Positions 25,695 to 37,588 of a DNA stretch of 64,000 nucleotides are shown here, piece by piece. Location: positions 63,180,001-63,244,000 of the forward strand of contig OZ076409.1 of the NCBI GenBank assembly GCA_964187785.1, read 5' to 3'. A program made the position numbers and the translations under genes. This stretch comes from Amphiscolops sp. MND2022. Taxonomy: Eukaryota. Position 1 is the stretch's first letter. Each line of letters opens with the position of its first letter. The notes beneath the pieces are model-generated. The model was not told the DNA's origin, did not search any database, and was given only the letters and a program-made list of their open reading frames with translations.

Positions 25695-26184
25695 AACAAG
25701 ACGGGAACGTCTAAAGTCGGCGCTATATCTAAGGCTCAAAAAGCGCGAAAGACTTTTTTTGAAAAAAACTTGAAAATTTTGAATTTTTTTCTTTCAGAAA
25801 ATGTCACATAGTGCCGAAAAATGTAAAAGGGGGTACCCTTTGGGCTTTATTAACATATATTCTGTTGCAAAATATCAAAAAACTCGAAAGGGGGACTCTT
25901 TTGAGATATTAAAAAATTTTTCGAAAAAAGTCGCACAATGCCGAAAAAAACGAAAGGGGGACCCTTTAGTCTCGTCCGGTTCTGTAGGTTACGTTAAAAA
26001 AGTAAAAAATGAAAGGGACCCTTTTGCACTAGTTTCCGCTGTCCGCTGACCGGACTTGTAGTAGTTTTAGTAGTTTCAATTGTATGAAAAGTGGCCGAAT
26101 CAAAGTGAGGTTGTAGTCTGACGAAAAAAAAACTAGCCACTGTAATAGTCGGGCTCTTTTCACTAGAAAAGCGCCGAATAAAAA
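25695..26184 (-). mobile_element. Helentron/DINE-like non-autonomous element (related copies at ~28505-28865, ~29108-29582, ~51950-52400, ~61657-62130)
   Basis: Asymmetric subterminal IR AGTCGGCGC / GCGCCGA(C/A)T, an ACAAG/CTTGT terminus, a T-run at the other end, and internal ~90-130 bp repeats of CACAGTGCCGAAAAA..AAGGGGGACCC. Confidence 0.55.
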
Positions 26185-26204
26185 CATTATAAATCTTGTT
26201 TTAG

Positions 26205-26456
26205 AGCGAGTTTGAGATGAAACTTGACTCGTCTGTGTTCAAAAGCAGAAGTAACGAAGACACACATCGTGTTCAAATCATGGTCTTCGAAAAGGATGCC
26301 CTGTTTATGTCTCAGAGGATATCAGCATTCGGCCAAATTGTGGTGGAGAACGAGGCCGCTAAGAGCACGGTGATAAGTGTCACCATCAAAGACGTCGACG
26401 TCAAAACAGTCAGCAGCGAATCTATTCAAATCAGCTTCAAAATACCCTATGACGAG
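26205..26456 (+). CDS. Adhesion GPCR exon: GAIN subdomain B beta-sandwich
   Basis: TTTTAG| and |GTATG; 252 nt, phase 0-0; ..VQIMVFEKDALF..STVISVTIKDVDV..IQISF. Confidence 0.85.
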
Positions 26457-28869
26457 GTATGCTAAAATACATCATTACTGGGGAAATAATCTTCCGGCGA
26501 TAACCAGCTAAAACGGCTGTCGAAATAATTTTTAGAAAACAGTTTATATTTCTTCTTGCACAATACAAACTATTCCCGGAAAACCATACTTTTGGTATGT
26601 AACGAAAACGTAGCACAGGACGCTACAATGACCGGAAAATTTAAGTTGCCAGTATAGTGCCAGACTTGAAGACACCGAACGCCAGTTGTGTTCCTAAGGG
26701 GAACAGGTGTATACATCCCAACAATATCTGAATACAGCACCAGGAACGCGAAAATAAATTAGGACACGGGTCCCCCGGGGGAATCGCAGAAAAACTTCAT
26801 TTTTACTCGAAATTGAAGGTGTGTGCAATAGGCGAACAATGAGTTTCTGAGATTTTTCTCAGCAAGACATGAAAAAGTTCAGTTCTGGCATTTCCCAGAC
26901 TTGTTCACGTATTTGTATCCGATGGTGATTTTCTTTCATCTGTTCTGTCTAAAATTTCAACGTATATAATTCGACTGTAGCGTTGAAGATGGCGTTTGAA
27001 CTTTTGAACACGTTCTCAATATCTGCATCGGAAAGACTGTCGTTACAGTGTTTGGCACCATTATAGAATATTTTCCCGACGAGTTTGTTTTGACTTTTGC
27101 AATCTAGATGATCTTACCATTTATACCAATTCTAACACTTCCTGAAATATACTATGGAACGAAAAAGCTTAGAGGAGCAAATTTTGCAGGCCAAAACTTT
27201 GAAAGCACATAAATTTTTCAAATAGACTTTGACCAGAATCTCAGAATTTCAACGAATCGAATCGAAAAAAAAATCATCACATTGTACTTTGAGTTCTGGA
27301 GTTTTTTAATGTTTCATCATGCATTGTTTCGAAAATGGACCAAAGTCCCAATTAACCGAAGTGATTTATTTTTGCAACACTTTTTCTTTAGAACTTCAGG
27401 ACAGAAAATAAGTTGGTAATTTTGATGGATAACAGAGATACTTCTGCTTCTGAGATGATTCTGGTGAAATGATTTTAGTGAAACTCTTTCAAAGTTGAAA
27501 GATTTATAATTAAACTCTTTCAAGTTGAGTGTTTTTGTTTTTCCCAGGTTGCCCTTTCATGTATTTCCATCCGTGATTCTTGGCTTGCCATGCCATGAGT
27601 CAAGTCATGGACCAGTAGTGAGAGTTCCTGAAACATCGATGATCAAGCATGAACATCCATGAATCATTCAAGTAATCAATTCTTAACAATACACCAAAAC
27701 AGTGCAAAAATGATGTAGGCTATATTTCATATTGATAGCATCTCTGTTTACGCAAACAAGGTCACTATTGTTCTATTTTCTCACAAGAAGAAAAGAGCTG
27801 ATGAACTGTTTTGACTTTAGAATGAAACAAATGTTTAAGGATTCCTAACTTCTAACTTACTCTGTGCTGTGTGTAAATTTTTCATGATGAAACAAAGTCG
27901 ATAATTATTTTCAAACAAAATTCAAGAACAATGGGATATCATGGATGAATCATTATTCGGTGATATTGGTCAAGATTATTCGTAGTTCGAGATCTGATTC
28001 AATTTTATGATCACGAACAAGCATCGACACAATTGGTTTTGGTGTCCTGGTGCAGGTTATCATCATCTTGTTAACATTTAACTGAAATCAATTGAAGTTT
28101 CAACGCATGAATGTTCCCGTTAGAGTTTCGTAAAATCACGCTGAATGTGTTTGGCAAGTTACAAAAACTTGTAAAAAGTTCAAGCAGTTTAAACTGGAGC
28201 GGCAATAAATCTTTCCAGCATTGAAAATTTTGAACATGATATGGATACGGTCTTCTTTTGCATTTCTATGCAATGGATTTTCTTGCCGACATTCAGTCTG
28301 CAGACAGAAATTGAGTTCTCTGAATCTGAAAAGAATGAATTAATAAATCATACATTTTGCATCCAATTGAAAGCGTGGTCTCTCCAATTTAGATTTTGCA
28401 TGAAAATATCACAAAGTAAGTTTTGAATTCTTTATTTCAATCTATTGGTAAAATTGCTGAATTATTTGAAATTGTTGAAATTCTTGACACTGCGAAGCAA
28501 TAATTTTTAGTCGGAGCTTCATAAAGTGAAACGCGACTATTATAGTGACTCGTTTTTTTCAATCCACGCGAACTGACCAAAATAGTCCCTAAAGTTTTAC
28601 GAATATTTATGGTCCCCAATTGAATCATTTGGCCTAGCGAACTGAACCAAAAAAGTTTTACTCTTTTTCCGCGTTTATATACATTACCGGGAGAGACTAA
28701 AGTGTCCCCTCTTTCGTTTTTTTTCGGCATTGTGAGACTTTTTTTTCGAAAAAGGTTTTTCACCGAATGGTCACCCTTCAAGTTTTTGATTTTTTGCGAC
28801 AGAATGGATGTCGAAAAATTCCGAAGGATTCCTTTCAGTTTTTTCGGCATTGTGACACTTTTTTCCGTT

Positions 28870-30101
28870 AGCTGCTGTGTTTTCCAACTTCGAGATTAGT
28901 GTTGATTGTTCCCCTTCTAGAGTTGTCTTCAGGTAACTGAATTTCTAACCTGACGTTAGTGTGGTGATTGAATTAATGTTGACATCTCCTTCAAACGTTG
29001 GCATGTCTAGCATCAGGAGTCTTGCATTTGTTTGGTGGAGGTTGTCGTTTCCATCAGGGTTTCTTCCTTGTTGTGTTGATTCAACTTTGGCTGTTGAAAG
29101 TCTTTGTAATCGGCGCCTTTTCCCTCAAGGAAAAAAGCACGACTATTACAGTGGGTAGTTTTTTCTATTTCAGCCGACAATCTCACTCTGAATGGTCCGC
29201 TTTTTTACAATTTTTGTTCATTTGTTCAACTGATTTTCTGAGAAGCAGGAGATCGCGGGTTCGAAAGTAGAGGCGAGACCAAAGGGGCCCTTTGGGTTTT
29301 TTCGGCACTATGCGACTTTTTTTCGAAAAATTTCGAATTCAATCAAATGGTCCCCTTGCTTTTTTTGAAGTTTTGGGTTTGTAAAAACGCTTAATGATCC
29401 TGAATGTCCTCTTTTTGGGTTTTTCGGCATTGTGCGACTTTTTAGAAAAAACTTTTCTTTTGAAAATCTTTTTTTAAAAAATACTTTTAAAACAAAATTT
29501 TTTTTCCAATTTTTCCAATAATTGTTCCCTGAATTTTTTGAGCCTTAGAAATGGCGGCAACTTGGGATGATCCTGTCTTGTTACCATCTTTTCTAGTTCA
29601 AAAGGACAATTTTCAAACGTTGGCATCTATAGCTTCGGGAGTCTTTTATTTGTTTGTCGGAGGTTGCCGTTTCCATCAAGGTATCTTCTTTGCTGTGTTG
29701 ATTCGTCTTTGGCTGCTGAAAGTCTTTTCACCATCTGTTCTAGTTCAAAAGGACAAACGTCGATTTCCTCTGTGAAGGTAATAGTTTCTTCGATTTCTTC
29801 TTCCAATTTTTGCAGTAAGGTGATTTCCTCAATTTCTTCGTTTTTCGTTGAAAGGTCTTCTTGCTTTTCTTTAATTTGTTGTTTGAGTTTTGCCAGGGCT
29901 TTGAGTGTTATATCTTTACTTTGTAGTAATTCTGATGCTTGGTTCAATAACCAACGCATATACCTCTTGTGAGATCTTCTAGACAGTTTTTTTCGTAGTA
30001 ATTGCATTTCGTCAATGATGTTTTCTGTCGTCTCTATGGCTTCCAAGTGATTTGCATCTGTTGGAGATCCTGGTCTGGACACCAATTTTCACCATCTCAC
30101 T
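28870..30101 (-). pseudogene. gag: Extra BEL/Pao PBS and gag N-terminal fragments downstream of the 3' LTR, interrupted by a Helentron-like repeat (~29108-29582)
   Basis: 29612-30101 and 28870-29105 align with 36410-37050 (RRYLDGNGNL..RLPKL). Confidence 0.75.
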
Positions 30102-33100
30102 TGTCGAGGAATTATTTATTAAAATGAAAGATTGTGTTGTGTTGAGTTTCGATAAAAAGTGGGAATAGTGTTCGATGGGAAATTATAAGGTATCAAGTAA
30201 TAAAGCTGATGGGTTGTCGTTCAAGAAAAAGGGGGTTGTAAGAATCTTACTCTGTTTTGGGAACCTTCTATTCGAATCCTTTTTTGGCACTTGTTGCCAA
30301 AGTGTGAAAATTAGTAGGGTCTTACGTTAGAAACTGTTGGATGGTTTTGAAGACTCCCTTCTGGAGTCGTCAGGTTGTTGAAAAAAAAATTACAATAGTA
30401 ATTTTGGAGAGTTGAAAACTTCATTCATAAGGAGTTATACTTGGCTTCTTTGAAATGACTTTGAGAAAAAATGAGTCAGCTTTTGATCACTCAGAATAAT
30501 GAGTCGATATAAATATGAGTGTCACGACATGCTCCCAACGGGCAGTTTTTTTTCGTTGAGATCTTCATCAACGTCCAAAGGCATTTCAAAGCTATAGTAA
30601 AAGTTTTGCGACGTTGTCTGCAATCACTGCTCAGATTTGGATCATTCATGTCTTCTGACATTTCTACTACTGAGGTATCATTTGCTCGAAGGTCTTCTGC
30701 AGTTTCATCAGGTATCGATTCTTCTATTGTTGTCAGTTTGATAGGGCCCACGATATTGAGTGCTACGGTGATGTCACGTCCTTTTGTTGTTACAGAGCCT
30801 ATCCTGCTTGTCTGTCGTTTCCTCTGTTCAGTTCTTCGACTCTTCCCATATTCCATGTCGAGCGAGGTGTGTCACCGTAGACTAGTACTATATCTCCTTT
30901 CGTGTCTGTTATTTGAGACATCTTCCGTTTTTTGACTTCTTGGCGTTTTCTTGGAAATCTCAAGCTTTCTGGTTTTCATCTGTTTCAAATACTCTGCTGT
31001 AGTTGTGTCTATTGGAATAGTCTTTGATTAGCCTGCATGCGCATGAAGTCTCTCTCGATGATGTTGTCTTTGGGTTTTTCAAGGGGTAGTGTAGATAAGA
31101 TTTGTCCATTGATGAGATGTGACGGTGTCAATGCTGTTGGTGATATTATGTAGGTGTTGTGTCGCTTTCTACGTATTGTAGGGGTCTGTTGTTGACTGTG
31201 GGTTCTGTTTTTTCAGATTCGTGTGGAGTTCTGTGTGTCAGAAAGGTCTTTCCGAGAGTTTTCTTCAGTATGTTTTTGATAATACAGACAAGTCTTTAGT
31301 ACCATCCTCCTTACGCTGGTGATCTTCTGGAAAGAGGTATCTATTTCCTTGATTGCTGATTCTGCTGAGTCTCCTGAGTGCCGTAGTGTAGAGTTCTATT
31401 GTGGCAGTCTTCCACAATCAGCTTTGCCAAATGATCCTGGGTATGTAGTATGGGTTGTTGTAGAGTGCCGTCCTTCCGTCCGTTCGAGTGAGTAGTAGGG
31501 GTTCATCTTTGATTTTGGAGTTCCTATTGCTGCTGTGAGGTGTTTGTTTCAAACTTGTCAGGAATCGGTTTATCCATGCGCGAGTCCAAATCAATCTTCT
31601 AAAATGAGAGTGGCGTCTCATGTCGATTACTGTTACGGGTGTCTCACCTGGCGACGCAAAGTTGGGTGTTGTTGAGTTGCAGAAAGTTCCTGAGTGGTCT
31701 ATCATCTCTTCTGTTATTTCAAGTAGGTCTCGGATTTCTTTATACAAGTCATCTTCGGGTTAACCCTGTATTGCTGTGATTCTGTTACTGCGTTAAGGCT
31801 ATCTTCGGGATTACCATGTCTTGCAGTATAAGGCCGTGCCACCAAAGTTGTTGTCAGGATTCTCTCGGCTTACTTATGCGGGTAGCAAAATCGGCTGGCT
31901 TGAATGAAGCCGATACTACGTTTGTAGTTTTTGATCTTGGCCATTCTGTTGCGTACAAAAGTCTTCACTGTCTTTGTTGATTTGAGCCACGCCAGGCAAA
32001 CTTGTGAAGCGCTCCAGTGTGTTGTTTCTACCGCGATGGGCTGGTGTTAACTTTGTCGTAGAAATTGTCCTATCTGTGAGCCGAGGGCCATTGCCATCAA
32101 CTCGATTTCGGTTACAGTCTTTAGTGATAGTGGGGCAAGTCTGGTCGTTTCCATGAAAAGCTCCTCATTAAGGTAGGCAGCCACTGTGTATGCTGAGAGC
32201 GAGCTATCCACAAAAATGTCCGCGCGATTTGACTCTGTAATCGGTATGTGTCTTGGTCTTATGAAAGTTGTTGTATTGGCTAAATCGGCCGCAATTGCAT
32301 TCCACTATTCTTTCTTTTGTTTCGGTAGTTCTTCGCCTCATTTCCAGTTTTCGTATAGAAGGTCTCTCATGAAGGTTTGGCTTTGATTGTTGCTGGGGCT
32401 ATCCATCCCAAGGGGTCGAAAGGTGTCGCGACTTGGCTGGAAATTTTTCTTGTCAAAACGGATTCCAGGTGCTGCTTGAATGATTCCAGTGATAAAGGAT
32501 CTTCTTTGGTGGTCCACTGTAGTCCATGGACGTGCGTATCTCTTTTTCTGGCAATTCGTTGCTGTTCCACGCGCGCGACTCATTATGTTTGGATGGTTTG
32601 AAGTCCATTCGCGGAAGTTCAATGATGGGGCACGTCCCTGGGCACGTCCCTGTATACGCCAAATTTGTTCTGCCGAGCTCGTATTCAACTGAAACAGTTA
32701 CTACGTTCAAACTTGACGACGTTAATTGGAAGAACTGGCGGGACAGCTTAGAAGACAAACTTCGTGATTGCAGCATGGAATTATCTGAAAAAAGCAATAA
32801 ACGACGTAAACCGAGAATGCATTCCCAAAAAATCAATTTCGAAACATAGCAAACCTTTCTGGAATGATCAGCTGACACAACTCAGTAATGAAGTACGATC
32901 ACTGGGGAAAACATACAAACGGATATCGACGCCGCAAAACCATGAGGCACTCCTGAAGGCTCGAGTCAGATTCAAAGAAGAACTGAGCTCAGCAGCTTCA
33001 AAGTAGACCCTCAGAAAATTGCAAGAAGCCAACCAAGCAAAACACGAAAATGCGTTTTGGAAAAGTATCAAGAGGGTATTTCCAACAAATAAGGATCAGA

Positions 33101-36100
33101 TTCCGACCCCACTAAAGTCTACATCTGGACTCTGTTTTGATAGTGATCAAAAGGCACGAATACTTCTTGACACCTTCTTCAGCGGCAAGCATCTGAAAGA
33201 AAAAAACTTCGATGAAGACTTCAAGAAAGCGGTTAATAATAAGTTGAAAATGATTGAGTTCTTGGAAAATTCTGAAGTTATAGAACTGCGAAATTTGAGC
33301 ATCAATGGGACTATCAGTTCGAGAGAGTTGAACCATGTCATTGAGACAGTCAGCGAAATGAATTGTTTTCCAGACGATGATCACATTCACATGAAAATGA
33401 TTGCAATGTCAGGCCCAACTTTCAGAACCTACCTGATTAACTTCTTCAATACTTGCCTAAGTTCGAGTTGGCCATGGAACGAAACACGAGTACTCTTCTT
33501 GAAGAAGCCATTGAAACCTAATTACAGTGAACCTTCCGCATATACACCGATCTCAATTAGCAGTCACATAGGAAAACTTTTCGAGAGAATACTAAACAAC
33601 CGGCTGAAGACGTTCATGTTGGAGAATAATCTGCTCGACCAAGAACAAGAAGGGTTCATGCAAAACAAGAACACAACGAGATCACTTTTCCGATTGAAAA
33701 TCGAATTCGAAATTATGAAGAAAAGTAAGTTGAAAGCTGCCCTGATAAATCTAGATCTTGAGAAAGCGTTTGATAGCGTCTGGCATAATGGTTTACTCTT
33801 TATACTTTGGATAGCAGGTATTCGCGGACCCTTATTCAAGATTCTCCAAACTTTCCTCGAACAACCGGTTGGTCACAACACGACTAGAAGGGCGACTCAG
33901 TCTCCAAGTACAGCCAAAACAAGGTGTTCCCCAGGGCAGCGTGCTTTCACCACTACTCTTTATTTTCTATATCGCAGAAATGCTAACAAATACCACAGGT
34001 ATCAAGTTCAAGTACGCAGATGATTCGCAAATACTTGTGTCCGCTCCTGTGGTAAGCGCTCTTCATCGAATTTTACAGAGGAACCTCAACATTGTCGAAA
34101 AATGATGCAGGAAATGGAGAATTCAGATAAATGGATCCAAAACGGAAATATTGCACATAAACTCCGATGGACTGACGACTTCTGTCTTCACACTGGGAAA
34201 TGAAGCATGCAAAATTAAAGGCAAAACCAAAAGTCTTGGCTTGATTGTCGATAATGCTTGCAGTTTCAAGGATCACAAGGAACTGGTGGTAGCCCGTTGC
34301 AAGAACAAATGAAAAGAGCTACGAATTCATTGTACTAGTAGATGGGGTCTGTTTCGGAACATACTTACTACTTTATACAAAGCGCTGATCCTACCAACTC
34401 TACTGTACTGTGCGCCTGTTTGGTCGAACCAAAATGCGGCAAAACTGCAAACCTTTCAAGCTTTTGTCAATCGAAGTATACTCCAAACCAGGTTTAATCC
34501 AAACGAGAGTGCTGCTGAAGTCATACTGGGCACCCCACCTATCGATATTGTTTGCCAAAATATATCCGCTAAGTTCCTCACCAAAGTACTACAGCAGAGA
34601 GACCTTTTATCAGAGCTATTTATAAAAAATGAAGGAACTGAAACTTTTGTGACTATCCACAAAAACATACTGAAAACTTTTTACAACAAAAAGAACCTTG
34701 ACTTAACTGACCTCTTGAGCTACACTGAAGCCATTAGTCGAACCCAAATACTGCGACAATGGAATTTCAGATGGCAATACCCAGACTTTGAAACTAACCT
34801 TAAAAATCTTGTTCCTCGAGTAGACACTGACCCCGTTTTGATAAAACTCTCTTTACAGAAGGAACTCATGAGGACCGCCATCGAAGTACTCCTGGACATC
34901 AATCAATCCCTGAAAAACTTTGCCTATAATAGAAGCTTGACTGCCAGTCCGATGTGCTCCTGTCGCATAACTGAAGAAACTGCCACCCACTTTCAATTCG
35001 ATTGCCGGAATTTTGTTACAAGAAATCTATCCACAGGAAACTTCAACTTGTATGACAAAAATAACTGTATTGAACTGATAGAATTAATAAAAAGTAGTGG
35101 AAGGTTTTGAATACGTAAACAAATACCTTACAATTTGTTAAATTTGACAAAATGACTACTGTTTGACATGTGATAAACAATGCCCGCATAGAGGGGCCAA
35201 AGTAGAATTTTTATATATTGTCTCCGCAACTGGCGTCAAAGACAATCCTGACATTGATGTGAATCGAATTATCTTTGTACACGGCATGCCAGGGGTTGTT
35301 GTAGCTGCACATGCAGTAGTTGTAGCTGTACTTGGTCGTCACGCTGATAAATCCACGTCTTTGGTAACCTCCAAAAATGTCTTTCACCTTCTAGAAGAGT
35401 TGTTTATCAGTTGACATTTTCTCCTTCATGTTTCTTGCTCTGTAAGATGCTATGCGTCTACTCGTCGGAATCTTTGATTTGCCACCATGGGGCGTCCATG
35501 GTAGAGATGCTGTATATTGTCCAGTCTTCACGTTCTAGACTGAAGTGTGTAAAAAGTTGGCTAATTGATTTCCTCGTGTTAGGCAATTGTCGGGAACTGT
35601 AGAACTGCTGCTTTCACCGTTTGACTCCTTTTGCTACCGTTGCCATGAACGTCTTCCGGATCCCGTGCTGATTTGGCGTAGGTGAAATTTGTTTGTAATT
35701 CTGTGGTCTTTGCTGTGCTTTCTTTCTAGTTTTCTTTTCTCCGATGCGTTCCTTGTGAAGTTCCTCATGCGAGTTTTTCGGCACGTTCCTCTTCCGCATT
35801 GAGCTGCAAAATACGTTTCATCTTGTTGTTTTTCAGACATTCAAACCTAGTCCTTTTCGTTCGACTACTTCGACGCGATTATTAACGGTGGTGTATTTTA
35901 GGCAGTTGGTGGCGCGACGTGATGATCCACAGATTTTTCGTTTCTTTTGTCCTGTGTAATCTCTTGTTCCGTATCAAGTTCTGTGTTGTCTTTTTGATTT
36001 TTCTGTTTGGTGCAAAAGGCTGCCGTCCAATGGGATTGCAATTTTGTCAATGAGTTTCCTTGATTGGTTTTGTTTTCTTCCATATCCTGTAAGTCTCCCT

Positions 36101-37499
36101 TGAAGGGCTGTATGGAAGTCGTCGAGTATCCATGTTGCCTTTCTGTTATCTTTGGCTAAACATATTCCCAGATCAACGGACAGCTTGTCCATCAGAAGTA
36201 GTGTTAAGAAATCACAAAATTTTTTTCTTCTTGTTTTGGGATTCGAGTCAGTGTATGTCCAGTTCAAAGTTGCCGAAACCCTGCTTGAAGTGAGTGTATC
36301 CTTCTGTCTTTGGATTCAAGTTATGTAGTTTCTGCAGTGTGCTTCGATGACGCTCTGTTTGTCACCGTTACTGTCCTTAACGATATCCAATGCTGAGTTG
36401 TAGTTGGCTGCTGTCATTTCCAAGTTTGCGATTAGTGTTGATCGTTCCTCTTCTAGAGTTGTCTTCTGAATTTTTGTACTGACGTTAGTGTGGTGATTGA
36501 AGTACTGTTGACATCGAACAGTGATAAATAAGATAGGATGCATAAAACACCTCCTTCAAACGTTGGCATCTCTAGCTTCGGGAGTCTTGTACTGGTTTGT
36601 TGGAGGTTGCCGTTTCCATCAAGGTATCTTCTTTGCTGTGTTGATTCGTCTTTGGCTGCTGAAAGTCTTTTCATCATCTGTTCTAGTTCAAAAGGACAAA
36701 AGTGGATTTCCTCTGTAGAAGTAATAGTTTCTTCGATTTCTTTTTCCAATTTTTGGCCTAAGGCGAGTTCTTCAATTTCTTCGTTTTTCTTTTCTTTGAA
36801 AATCTACTTTCTGTGATTCAAGTTGTTGTTTAAGTTTTTCCAGGGCTTCCTGTGTTATATCTTCGTTTTCTAGTTATTATTCTAATGCTTGGTTCATTAA
36901 CCAACGCATATAACCCTTGTAAGTTTCCTAGACAGTTTTAATCGTAGTAATTGCGGTTCGTCAATGATGTTTTCTGTCGGCTCAATGGCTTCCATTTGAT
37001 TTGCATCTGTTGGAGATCCTGGTCTGGACACCAATTTTCACAATCTCATTTGTCGAGAAAATATTTATGTAAATGAAAGATTGAGTTGTGTTGAGTTTCG
37101 ATTAAAAGTGGGAATTGTGCTCGATGGAAAATTATAAGGTTTCAAAAATTGTTAACTAAATGATAAAGCTGATGGGTGTCGTTGAAGAAAAAGGGAGTTT
37201 GTAAGAATCTTATTCTGTTTCAGGAACCTGATTTGCGAATCGTTTTGTCGCACTCGTTGCCAAAGAGGGAAAATTAGTTGGATCTTACTTTAGAAAACTG
37301 TTGAAATTCCTTGAAGACTCCCTTCTGGAGTCGTCGAGTTGTTGAAGATAAGAGAGCAAACTTCAATTGTAGTTATAGAATCTGAAAAGTATGATTCAAA
37401 AAAATTAAGCTTGGCGTCTTTGATTTGGCTTTAAAGAAACACTTAGTCAGCTTTCGATCACTCATAATTGTGAGACAATTTAATTTGGAGTTCACGACA
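30102..37499 (-). mobile_element. BEL/Pao LTR retrotransposon, heavily decayed and internally deleted; LTRs at 37051-37499 and 30102-30529
   Basis: Diverged direct repeats with TGTCG..CGACA ends. A PBS-like TGGTGTCCAGACCAGG follows the LTR, and TTGGGAGCA|TGT precedes the 3' LTR. Protein motifs: gag LPKLEMPTFEG; Pao RKISSQVATPFDPLGWIAP, IFVDSSLSAY and HFRRLIWTRAWINRF; integrase NNRPL..LTPSHLING. Confidence 0.88.
32685..35215 (+). mobile_element. 5'-truncated LINE (non-LTR retrotransposon ORF2, Jockey/I-group-like) inserted antisense into the BEL element
   Basis: YTPISISSHIGKLFERIL, QEGF, DLEKAFDSVWH, GVPQGSVLSP, YADD, and a C-terminal CSC..EETATHFQFDC knuckle. It has several stops and frameshifts. 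Boundaries are approximate. Confidence 0.92.
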
Positions 37500-37551
37500 G
37501 ATAGGGAGAAAATTTTGACTTTGAAACTGAACAGATTTTCTTTTGTTTCAG

Positions 37552-37588
37552 AAATATTCCTACCATTGTGCGTTCTGGGAACCAACGA
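37552..37588 (+). CDS. Adhesion GPCR 37-nt exon: first half of the GPS motif
   Basis: TTTGTTTCAG| and |GTAAGT; phase 0-1; KYSYHCAFWEPT matches C-x-F-W and bridges the flanking exons in frame. Confidence 0.88.
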
